Source: a bacterium (Candidatus Blackallbacteria) CG13_big_fil_rev_8_21_14_2_50_49_14
GTDB lineage: Bacteria > Cyanobacteriota > Sericytochromatia > UBA7694
Reading direction: 5' to 3'
Length of the DNA stretch: 64,000 nucleotides
Assembly: GCA_002783405.1 (NCBI GenBank)
Contig: PFGG01000074.1
Location: 20,542-84,541, forward strand
In this document: piece after piece, positions 42,703-50,588 of the stretch
Numbering within the stretch: position 1 is the stretch's first letter
How the letters are laid out: each line of letters begins with the position of its first letter
The notes under the pieces: model-generated
Databases searched by the model: none
What the model was told of the DNA's origin: nothing
What the model saw: the letters and a program-made list of their open reading frames with translations, nothing else
Position numbers and translations under genes: made by a program

Positions 42703-43041
42703 ATGAGCAATCTGCAAATTTTTGGCACGCGCAAATGTTCTGAAACCCGCAAGGCTGAGCGCTTTTTCAAGGAACGGGGACAGAAGTTTCAGTTTATTGA
42801 TCTCAAAGAGACGAAAATCAGCAAGGGAGAATTGAACAGTATCCGCAAATCTGTGCCTTTAAAGGATCTGATCAATACCCAGGGCGCAGAGTACCAGAAG
42901 CGCAACCTCAAATATATTGTGCATGATATCGAGACTGAGCTTTTAGAGCATCCCCTGCTCCTCATGACCCCGATTGTGCGCCAGGGCCCCAAAGCAACCG
43001 TGGGTTTTCAGCCTGAAATCTGGAAAACCTGGTTGGCTTAA
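42703..43041 (+). CDS. ArsC/Spx-family (YffB-like) protein
   Basis: ATG at 42703 after AGGAG. 'LQIFGTRKCSETRKAERFFKERGQKFQFIDL'. Confidence 0.7.
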   Translation: MSNLQIFGTRKCSETRKAERFFKERGQKFQFIDLKETKISKGELNSIRKSVPLKDLINTQGAEYQKRNLKYIVHDIETELLEHPLLLMTPIVRQGPKATVGFQPEIWKTWLA

Positions 43042-43050
43042 ACGCCCACC

Positions 43051-43076
43051 AAAAAAGCCCCCAGACGGGGGCTTTT
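43051..43076. terminator. Bidirectional rho-independent terminator
   Basis: A6-GCCCCC-AGAC-GGGGGC-T4 between convergent genes. Confidence 0.65.
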
Positions 43077-43089
43077 GGAATTGAAAAAT

Positions 43090-43746
43090 TTACTCTTTAT
43101 CCTGGCTCAAGAGGGCGGCACCCAGACCAATCAGGAGCAACCCCCCGACTACAGCGCCTGCAGCTGCATCAGCAGCATCGCTGGGGTAGCTGTTGTGGTA
43201 GGGCTCATGGCGCACGGGATCACGGAAGGGATCATTGTGATAGGGGGCAGGTTCATGAAAAGGATTGTGATCATAGGCATCATGATGAGAAGGCTCATGG
43301 AAAGGATTTTGGCCTACCTGGCGGCTTTCACCAATGGTCAGCGAGCCTGAAGACAAGGCATTTGCAAATTCACGGGTGCTGATGCGGTTGTCACCATTGC
43401 GATCGATCCGGTCTTTGACGTCATAGGGCAGTTCCAAATCATCCTTGGAAATCCAAGCGTCACTGACCCACTGAGAGACCGGACGATCAAAATTTTCATT
43501 GCGTTTAGAAAAATAAGCTGCAATTTTATCTGCGGTTTCGGGGTTGATATTGTTCAGATAAACATCGCCCTCTGCCAGGGAGTTTGCCAGTTCACGGGTG
43601 CCGGCAACCCCATTTGAATTGCCAATATTGCGGTGGGCATTGTAGGAGATCGTCGCTTCATTGCGGTCAATGCGGTTGTTGCGATTGGAATCCATGGCGC
43701 GGGTAACGGCCATATAGTCTTGAGAAGATAATTTTAAATTTCCCAT
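43090..43746 (-). CDS. Tail-anchored EF-hand protein with a His-rich NPFHEP repeat region
   Basis: EF loops 'DSNRNNRIDRNE' and 'DRNGDNRISTRE'. 'NPFHEPSHHDAYDHNPFHEPAPYHNDPFRDPVRHEPYH'. C-terminal TM 'AGAVVGGLLLIGLGAALLSQDKE'. No signal peptide. Confidence 0.65.
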   Translation of the reverse strand: MGNLKLSSQDYMAVTRAMDSNRNNRIDRNEATISYNAHRNIGNSNGVAGTRELANSLAEGDVYLNNINPETADKIAAYFSKRNENFDRPVSQWVSDAWISKDDLELPYDVKDRIDRNGDNRISTREFANALSSGSLTIGESRQVGQNPFHEPSHHDAYDHNPFHEPAPYHNDPFRDPVRHEPYHNSYPSDAADAAAGAVVGGLLLIGLGAALLSQDKE

Positions 43747-43767
43747 GGTTCAATTTCCTCTTTTGCA

Positions 43768-43773
43768 CACTTG
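43768..43773 (-). promoter_or_regulatory. CAAGTG leader element 21 nt upstream of the EF-hand gene ATG
   Basis: Context is TATATATTCAAGTGTGCAAAAGAGGAAATTGAACCATG. It shares the TTCAAGTG...AAAAGAG...GAACCATG layout with the gene at 35440. Confidence 0.3.
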
Positions 43774-44039
43774 AATATATAAATTGGAAGGAATCAGGTT
43801 TTTTTGCCTGAATCTGATAGGTTTTTTATCGGCGCATGGGGTGCAATTTATTCTTATGATAGAGTTAAGCCTTGGCGTATTTTTGTTTAAATAAAAATTA
43901 TTACTTATTTAATCTTTGGACTGTGCGTGTGCGGGCATAAGTCTTGTTCTCAGAAGGGGGGGTAAAAAAGATACTCTATGATACAATAAATATACAAGCT
44001 TAACCTGGAGCTACCTGACCCGCTGAGGCGCTTGGGCAG

Positions 44040-44047
44040 TGTATAAT
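44040..44047 (+). promoter_or_regulatory. Extended -10 (TGTATAAT) promoter candidate for parE
   Basis: Read directly, about 40 nt upstream of the ATG at 44088. Confidence 0.35.
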
Positions 44048-44087
44048 CGGGTAAGCATACCACCACAACACTTTAACAGGAAAAGCC

Positions 44088-45893
44088 ATGTCCCAGAAAA
44101 CCACCCCCGTGGCCTATGATGAAAACGCAATCAAGACCCTCAGTTCCCTCGACCATATCCGCCTGCGTCCGGGCATGTATATCGGGCGTTTGGGCAATGG
44201 AAATCACCGCGATGATGGGATTTATGTCCTGGTCAAAGAGGTGGTTGATAACGCCATCGATGAATTTATTATGGGCCACGGTTCCCGTGTTGAAATTCGT
44301 TTAGAGGGAGATCTGGTCACTGTGCGTGACTTTGGCCGTGGGATTCCGCTCGGCAAGGTCGTGGATTGCGTTTCGACCATCAATACGGGTGCCAAATACA
44401 ATGACGATGTCTTTCAGTTCAGTGTTGGGCTGAATGGGGTGGGCACCAAAGCTGTGAATGCCCTTTCTGCCAGTTTTACCGTGCGCAGCTACCGTGAGGG
44501 CCGCTACAAAGAAGCCCGATTTGAGCAGGGTGCACTCGTGCATGAAGAAGAAGGCCCCAGCAAAGAGCGCAACGGCACGCTGGTTCAGTTTGTGGCAGAT
44601 ACCGAGGTCTTTGGCCCTTTCCACTATAATTTGGAGTTCCTCAACCGTCGCTTTGCCTATTATGCCTATCTCAACGCTGGTCTGAGCCTTGATTTTAATG
44701 GTGAAATCTTTTATTCCGATCAGGGCCTTTATGATCTGCTGCAACATGAGGTGGAAAGCGAAAAACTCTACGATCCGATCTATTTCAAGGGGCACCGGAT
44801 TGAATTTGCCCTGACCCATACCCAAGCCTATGGCGACGACTATCTTTCTTTTGTCAATGGGCAATATACCTCTGATGGCGGCACCCATCTCTCGGCCTTT
44901 AAAGAGGGCGTACTCAAGGGCGTAAATGAGTTTGCCAAACGCAGTTTTCAGGCCGATGACGTACGTGAAGGGCTGGCGGGTGCGATTGCAATCAAGATCA
45001 AAGACCCGGTTTTTGAATCCCAGACCAAAAACAAGCTTGGCAATACCGATGTTAAAACCTGGATCGTGCAAGAGGTCAAGCGCGAGGTTGAAGACTATCT
45101 GTATAAAAATCCTGAAGTGGCGCAGATTATTCTCGACAAGGTCAGTCTGAATGAGCGCATTCGCAAGGAATTGCAAGGCATTAAAAAGCTGGTCAAAGAA
45201 AAGGCGAAAAAAGTCGCAGTTAAGGTGCCCAAGCTCAAGGATTGTAAGTTTCATCTCAACGCCAAGCAGCCTCGGGGTGAAGAATCGATGATCTTCATTA
45301 CCGAAGGCCAGTCGGCCAGTGGTTCGATTGTCATGAGCCGTGACGTGATGACCCAGGCCGTTTTTCCACTCAAGGGAAAACCCGTCAATGTCTATGGGGC
45401 CAAACGCAATCTGCTCTACGAAAACGAGGAGCTTTACAATATTGTGCAGGCCCTGGGCATTGAAGACAATGTTGATAATTTGCGCTATAACAAAGTTATT
45501 CTTGCCACCGATGCCGATGTGGACGGCATGCATATCCGCAATCTGCTGCTGACGATTTTTCTCCATTTCTTTGAGGCGCTGGTGCTGCGCGGGCATGTCT
45601 ATATTCTCGAAACCCCGCTTTTCCGCGTGCGCAACCCCAAACAGACCCTTTACTGTTATTCTGAGCAGGAAAAAGAGAGTGCGCTGAAAAAGCTCGGTAA
45701 AGGGGCTGAAATTACCCGATTTAAAGGTTTAGGCGAAATTTCACCGCAGGAATTTGGTCAGTTTATTGGCAAAGATATGCGCCTGTTGCCTGTCAGCGTA
45801 CGTGAAAAACATGAGATTCCCCGCCTGCTGACCTTTTATATGGGCAAAAATACCCAGGAGCGCAAGCAATATATTATGGAAAATCTGGTCTGA
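44088..45893 (+). CDS. parE: Type IIA topoisomerase subunit B (short, topo IV ParE-like)
   Basis: 'LRPGMYIG', 'EVVDNAIDE', 'GLNGVGTKAVNALS', Toprim 'ESMIFITEGQSASG' and 'ILATDADVDGMHIRNLLLTIF'. 601 aa. Confidence 0.85.
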   Translation: MSQKTTPVAYDENAIKTLSSLDHIRLRPGMYIGRLGNGNHRDDGIYVLVKEVVDNAIDEFIMGHGSRVEIRLEGDLVTVRDFGRGIPLGKVVDCVSTINTGAKYNDDVFQFSVGLNGVGTKAVNALSASFTVRSYREGRYKEARFEQGALVHEEEGPSKERNGTLVQFVADTEVFGPFHYNLEFLNRRFAYYAYLNAGLSLDFNGEIFYSDQGLYDLLQHEVESEKLYDPIYFKGHRIEFALTHTQAYGDDYLSFVNGQYTSDGGTHLSAFKEGVLKGVNEFAKRSFQADDVREGLAGAIAIKIKDPVFESQTKNKLGNTDVKTWIVQEVKREVEDYLYKNPEVAQIILDKVSLNERIRKELQGIKKLVKEKAKKVAVKVPKLKDCKFHLNAKQPRGEESMIFITEGQSASGSIVMSRDVMTQAVFPLKGKPVNVYGAKRNLLYENEELYNIVQALGIEDNVDNLRYNKVILATDADVDGMHIRNLLLTIFLHFFEALVLRGHVYILETPLFRVRNPKQTLYCYSEQEKESALKKLGKGAEITRFKGLGEISPQEFGQFIGKDMRLLPVSVREKHEIPRLLTFYMGKNTQERKQYIMENLV

Positions 45894-46477
45894 TGAGTTC
45901 GGCTGAAAAAAAACCTTTTTCAATTGAAGAAGAAACGCCGCTTGCCTATTTTGAGAAACTGGTGGAGTTTATTTACGACCCCTGGTATGCCCGTTTTCTG
46001 CGTCGGATCAGCGCGCGCTATGAGCGTGCCAAAATTCCTGAAGAAATTGAACTGATGCCTTTCTTTGTTGACAGCCTGATCTTTGAAACCTTTATTGATC
46101 GCAAAACGCCTCTGGATCGCTTTATTGAGCATTACCAGGCCCAGTTAAAACCCCGCCAGCTTAAAATTTACCAACGCTTTAAGACCTCGGCCCTGGGCTG
46201 TTATGAAATTCTTGAGCGCCACAAGCCCGATCGTCTTCTTCTGCGTGATTTGCTGGATGACAGTCCGGTGGAGGTCCACGATGGGGAAGCCTGGCGCTAT
46301 ATGATGCCGGGTTTTTATGCGATCTGCCGCTTGCTGCCCTATGAGGATAGCCTGGTCTTGACCGGATCCTGTGCGGTGCTCAATTATAAAACCCGTGAAG
46401 AAGTTCTGGCTTTGGCCCGTGAATTCAAGCATCCTCCGCTCTTTGTCGAGGGCGAAAGCCGACCCGCGAGCCCCTGA
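45893..46477 (+). CDS. Hypothetical protein (ATGA-coupled to parE)
   Basis: 194-aa ORF. Stop/start overlaps on both sides. No family recognised. Confidence 0.5.
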   Translation: MSSAEKKPFSIEEETPLAYFEKLVEFIYDPWYARFLRRISARYERAKIPEEIELMPFFVDSLIFETFIDRKTPLDRFIEHYQAQLKPRQLKIYQRFKTSALGCYEILERHKPDRLLLRDLLDDSPVEVHDGEAWRYMMPGFYAICRLLPYEDSLVLTGSCAVLNYKTREEVLALAREFKHPPLFVEGESRPASP

Positions 46478-46899
46478 TGCCCTGGTTCCAAAAAACCTTT
46501 CAGCTCAGGCCCTATCCCCGTGGTTTTCATTTGATCACCCCTGAAGTGGAAGCGGCTTTGCCTGCATTGCGCCAGCTTCAGATTGGGCTGGCCCATCTTT
46601 TTATTCAGCATACCTCTGCCAGTTTAACCCTGAATGAAAATGCAGATCCCACTGTGCGCAGTGATTTTGAGCGCCATTTCAATCTTTTGGCCCCTGAAAA
46701 TGCGCCCTATTACCAACATGTCTTTGAAGGGCCGGATGATATGCCAGCCCATCTCAAGGCTTCCCTGCTGGGGGCTTCGCTGACGGTGCCGATTCGGGAT
46801 GGACATTTCTTGCTGGGCACCTGGCAGGGGATTTATCTCTGTGAACACCGCGACCAGGGCGGTCGCCGTACCCTGACGCTGACCCTGCAAGGGGAGTAG
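46477..46899 (+). CDS. yjbQ: YjbQ/UPF0047-family protein (secondary thiamine-phosphate synthase)
   Basis: 'LFIQHTSASLTLNENADPTVRSD', 'DDMPAHLKASLLG' and 'LGTWQGIYLCEHR'. Confidence 0.8.
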   Translation: MPWFQKTFQLRPYPRGFHLITPEVEAALPALRQLQIGLAHLFIQHTSASLTLNENADPTVRSDFERHFNLLAPENAPYYQHVFEGPDDMPAHLKASLLGASLTVPIRDGHFLLGTWQGIYLCEHRDQGGRRTLTLTLQGE

Positions 46900-46936
46900 C
46901 GTGGTAAGTTTTGATGAAGACAAAGGGAGAGAGAAT

Positions 46937-47359
46937 ATGCAAGCGAGTCTGATCAAACATCTCAATAATCGTTTTATTTCTTATCATGATTGGATTAGGG
47001 GCCTATCCTCAGAGGATTTAAAGGCTAAACTGCCGGTGAAAAAAAACAAATCTCTGGGTGAGCACTTCTGGTGTCTGATTGGTGCGCGGGAGTCCTATAC
47101 CCGTGCGCTGCAGGCAGGGGTTTGGGTGGGTTTTGACTGCTCCTTGGAATCGATAGAGAGCCCTGAAAAGATCCAAGCCAAGCTTGAAAGCTCAGCTCAG
47201 ACCTTTCATCAGGTACTTGCTGCTGTCGACGACTGGAGTGAAGCACGGCAGGAGATTCTCTTGCAGTTGCTGGAGCACGAAACCATGCATGAAGGTCAAA
47301 TGATTCGTCAAATGTTGGCCTTGGAACTGAAGCTTCCTAAATCAGTAAAATGGGCTTAG
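46937..47359 (+). CDS. DinB-family protein
   Basis: Size of a four-helix-bundle protein and a 'HETMHEGQ' His motif. Confidence 0.55.
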   Translation: MQASLIKHLNNRFISYHDWIRGLSSEDLKAKLPVKKNKSLGEHFWCLIGARESYTRALQAGVWVGFDCSLESIESPEKIQAKLESSAQTFHQVLAAVDDWSEARQEILLQLLEHETMHEGQMIRQMLALELKLPKSVKWA

Positions 47360-47468
47360 TCGGTCGGCCAGATCATGAATCAACACCTCATCAGAGCGGG
47401 ACTGCTGCTGGGGCTTTGGCTGGGAAGCAGTGCTTGGGCAGAAGGCGGTCCGGTAGATTCTCCAGGAT

Positions 47469-48017
47469 TTAAGCAGCGAGCAAAGCCTCAATCTGGCTGA
47501 TTACCCGCTCGTCTTTGGCGGTGATATCTGGAAAAAACCGGGCCACAATCTGGCCTTCGGCATTGAGCAGGAATTTTTCAAAATTCCAGTGAATTTCATG
47601 GGGCTCGCCCGTGATCAGGCCCTTGCTGCTGAGCAGGGTTTCAAACTGACCGTTTTCATTTTTAATTGCTTCGGGCTGACCTTCTGTCAGGGCTTTGTAA
47701 AGCGGGTGTTGGCCTTCGCCCTTAACCACGATTTTTTGATGGATGGGAAAGCCCACACCATAGTTCAGGCTGCAGAAGCTCTGAATTTCTTCATTGCTGC
47801 CAGGTTCCTGAGCGAGAAATTCATTGGCGGGAAACCCCATAATTTCAAGCCCTTGGGCATGGTATTTTTCATACAGCGCTTGGAGCCCTGTGTATTGAGG
47901 CGTTAATCCACATTTCGAGGCCACGTTGACAACCAGGGTGGCCTTGGCCTGAAAATCTTTCAGGGTTTTTTCTTCGCCCTGTTTGTCTTTGAAGGGAATG
48001 GTTTGCAGATTGCTCAT
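47469..48017 (-). CDS. gpx: Glutathione peroxidase (Cys-type, BtuE-like)
   Basis: 'LVVNVASKCGLTPQY', 'GFPANEF' and 'WNFEKFLL'. Confidence 0.85.
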   Translation of the reverse strand: MSNLQTIPFKDKQGEEKTLKDFQAKATLVVNVASKCGLTPQYTGLQALYEKYHAQGLEIMGFPANEFLAQEPGSNEEIQSFCSLNYGVGFPIHQKIVVKGEGQHPLYKALTEGQPEAIKNENGQFETLLSSKGLITGEPHEIHWNFEKFLLNAEGQIVARFFPDITAKDERVISQIEALLAA

Positions 48018-48048
48018 CTTGAAACTCCTGTGTAAATGGGTTAAAAAT

Positions 48049-48095
48049 TATTTTGTGTACAAACTAATTATACGATAAACTATTTTGTATGCAAA
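48049..48095. promoter_or_regulatory. Two copies of TATTTTGT(G/A)T(A/G)CAAA (each an imperfect TTTGT-N2-ACAAA palindrome): candidate OhrR/MarR operators
   Basis: 15-mers at 48049-48063 and 48081-48095, 13 of 15 positions identical, in the gpx/ohrR divergent region. Confidence 0.3.
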
Positions 48096-48127
48096 GTATT
48101 TGCGTTAAAATGAAAAAGGAGAACGCC

Positions 48128-48562
48128 ATGCACGAAGACAGCCTCAAACTTGAAAATCAATTGTGTCACCGCCTGTACACGGCTTCAAATGCCATGACAC
48201 GGGCCTATCGTCCGCTCTTGAGCGAATTGGATCTGACGTATCCGCAATATTTGGTCATGCTCGCCCTTTGGCAAAAAGATCAAATCCAGGTCAATCGTTT
48301 GATTGAGTTGACTTTGATTGATGGGGGATCCTTGACGCAAATTCTGGCCAAGCTGCAGGAAAAAGAGTTGCTGAAAAGTCGCACCGCCTCTGATGACCGC
48401 CGCAAGCGTCTGCTGTGTCTCACGCCCAAGGGGCAGGCTTTGAAACAGGCCGCTTTAAAAATTCCCGGACTGATGCTCTGCAAACTCAAATCGCTTTCAC
48501 TGAAAGAGTTTCAGACCCTGATTGAGCTGATAGATAAACTCAATCAGGATCTTGAGATTTGA
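48128..48562 (+). CDS. ohrR: MarR-family regulator, OhrR-like
   Basis: ATG at 48128 after AGGAG. 'LENQLCHRLYTAS' places the sensing Cys as in OhrR. The wHTH follows. Confidence 0.65.
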   Translation: MHEDSLKLENQLCHRLYTASNAMTRAYRPLLSELDLTYPQYLVMLALWQKDQIQVNRLIELTLIDGGSLTQILAKLQEKELLKSRTASDDRRKRLLCLTPKGQALKQAALKIPGLMLCKLKSLSLKEFQTLIELIDKLNQDLEI

Positions 48563-48568
48563 GATCTG

Positions 48569-49393
48569 CTATTTCAGCATGCCGAACAGGGCCTGATCGT
48601 AGATTCTGTCGCCAAAAATCTTGCGCAGCAGGATCATCGGGCGAGCCATTTTGCCTGCCACATAGCGCGTTTTCGGGCGTTTGGCCTGAATGGCCTGGGC
48701 AATCGTTTCTGCGATCAAGTGGGCAGGTGAAGCTGCATTGGGCTTTTGATAGGATTCCTGTGTCATTTTCGCCATGGTCTTTGCCATTTTGGCATAGGGC
48801 CCCTGGCCTGAGCGCTCCAACAGGGGTTCTGACATGACCTCACCAAATTCTGTGGCAATCACTCCGGGTTCAATAATCACCACGTCAATGCCAAAGGGTT
48901 TTAACTCAATCCGCAGGCAATCGCTCCAGCCTTCAAGGGCATGTTTGCTGGCGTGGTACCAGGCTCCCAGGGGGAAATAGATTTTTCCCCCCATCGAGGA
49001 GATATTGATAATTCTACCTGCGCCCTGTTTGCGCATGTGTGGGATCACGGCTTGGGTCAAACGGGCAAGGCCAAAATTATTCACTTCAAACTGGCGCTTG
49101 GCCTCTTCTATGCTGGTCTCTTCGACCGAGCCATAGCTGCCATAGCCCGCATTGTTGATCAGTACGTCAATCCGTCCTTCTTGGGCCATGATCTGTTCAA
49201 CAGCGGCTTTGACCTGGTCTGCATCGGTCACGTCCATTTTGAGCGGATGCCCCCCCGCTTGCTCTAATTCCTGCATCAGTTCAACACGACGGGCTGCGCC
49301 ATAGACGGTATAGCCTGCCTGCAGCAGGTGCAGGGCGGTGACTTTGCCCATGCCTGAGGAGGCTCCGGTAATCAAAACAACTTTCTTTGACAT
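48569..49393 (-). CDS. SDR-family oxidoreductase
   Basis: 'VVLITGASSGMGK', 'NNAG' and 'YHASK'. Confidence 0.8.
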   Translation of the reverse strand: MSKKVVLITGASSGMGKVTALHLLQAGYTVYGAARRVELMQELEQAGGHPLKMDVTDADQVKAAVEQIMAQEGRIDVLINNAGYGSYGSVEETSIEEAKRQFEVNNFGLARLTQAVIPHMRKQGAGRIINISSMGGKIYFPLGAWYHASKHALEGWSDCLRIELKPFGIDVVIIEPGVIATEFGEVMSEPLLERSGQGPYAKMAKTMAKMTQESYQKPNAASPAHLIAETIAQAIQAKRPKTRYVAGKMARPMILLRKIFGDRIYDQALFGMLK

Positions 49394-49406
49394 CTTGTAG
49401 ACCTTT

Positions 49407-50588
49407 TTATTTTTTTTCGCGTTCGCGTTTGTGAACCTGATCCAGTACCTGGGGCTTTAAAAGCTTGCCCAAACCCAGTTTCTCCATTTTTAAAACCAAC
49501 TGATCGTGAGAAATATTCAGCGCTTTGGCAGTTTTTTCCAAATGCCAGAGCTGGGCATCCAATTGTTCGAGTAGCCAGGCCTGCTCGCTCTGCTGCCGCG
49601 AAAGCCTGCAGGTTTTGAGATAGGCCAAACGGCCCTGGCTGTCACAGATAAACTCCCCCAAATGGGTCTGATCGCCAAAGGGGGGGCTCAGCTCTGAGAT
49701 AAAACGGTGGAGATGATAGGGGCCTACTCCCTGAACCTCTTGGCTGCGAATGGGTGTTTCCAGCAGTCCGTTGGCCATCCAGGTTTGAAATGCGCTGATC
49801 TCGCCTCGCAAGCTTTGAAGTTCAACCCGCAGATCTTCAAAGCTCTGGGCCTGGCTGTCACCTTCGGCCTGCAATTCGGGGAGTTTGCCAGGGAAGCGGC
49901 TATAGTACCAGAAGATCTCGCCATAGAGATCCTCTAAAAAACTGCTGTGCAAGGCCTGGTAATCCTGGGCTGAAGGGCAAACCTGAATCGCGGCCAGCAG
50001 GTCTCCCACGAAAAGCATCATGCCAATTTGCTGGGGGTAGCGTTCAAACAGCCGCAGGGCATCGCGAAAACCGTCGATTCCCCAGCCACTCAGCATCCAG
50101 GTGCTGCGGGGCAAGAGGCCTTTGGAAATGGCTGAACGGCTGTAAGTGTCGCGCCAGTCGATTTTGGGGACATTGAAAAACTGGTGAAGATAGCTTTCGA
50201 TGCCCAGGTGCTGGGGCAAAAAACGCAATTGGCGGGTGCCCCGTTTTTTCGCCATGCGTTCAAATTGCGCGACAGGTGCATGTTTCCAGCGCTTGCCATC
50301 CTGATTTTTTTTGCGGATCTGTGTGCCACTTACGCAATCGGGAACGCCGTCGGGGCGCCAGTGCAGCACGTAACTGTGGGGGATATAGGAGAAATAATTG
50401 AGATCATCGTCTACCTCGACCACACTCAGATCCGCGCTGTTGCGCTCTCGAAACAGGCGTAAATCCTCAATCGGCTTTTCACGCAAGAGGGGCACAAGCC
50501 GGATACCGTTCCAAATTTGCCCAGGTGCGCAGGAAATACCACTGAGATTAAAGTGTTGCGCCAGTTGTGTCTGATTCCACTGTGGCAT
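49407..50588 (-). CDS. Unknown 393-aa protein with a C-terminal HTH-like segment, coupled to the Ro-like gene
   Basis: ATG at 50588 is preceded by AGGAGGG and lies 41 nt inside the upstream ORF. C-terminal 'LEKTAKALNISHDQLVLKMEKLGL' resembles a Fis-type HTH. Confidence 0.55.
   Translation of the reverse strand: MPQWNQTQLAQHFNLSGISCAPGQIWNGIRLVPLLREKPIEDLRLFRERNSADLSVVEVDDDLNYFSYIPHSYVLHWRPDGVPDCVSGTQIRKKNQDGKRWKHAPVAQFERMAKKRGTRQLRFLPQHLGIESYLHQFFNVPKIDWRDTYSRSAISKGLLPRSTWMLSGWGIDGFRDALRLFERYPQQIGMMLFVGDLLAAIQVCPSAQDYQALHSSFLEDLYGEIFWYYSRFPGKLPELQAEGDSQAQSFEDLRVELQSLRGEISAFQTWMANGLLETPIRSQEVQGVGPYHLHRFISELSPPFGDQTHLGEFICDSQGRLAYLKTCRLSRQQSEQAWLLEQLDAQLWHLEKTAKALNISHDQLVLKMEKLGLGKLLKPQVLDQVHKREREKK

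Noticed and set aside
44301-45596. 431-aa minus-strand ORF
   Set aside because: It is entirely antisense to parE, whose motifs are unambiguous. Its translation is low-complexity with no motifs. It is a typical shadow ORF.
47375-47500. 41-codon ORF with a signal-peptide-like start (MNQHLIRAGLLLGLWLGSSAWA)
   Set aside because: It is short, has no SD sequence and runs into the 3' end of the convergent gpx gene. That is insufficient evidence.
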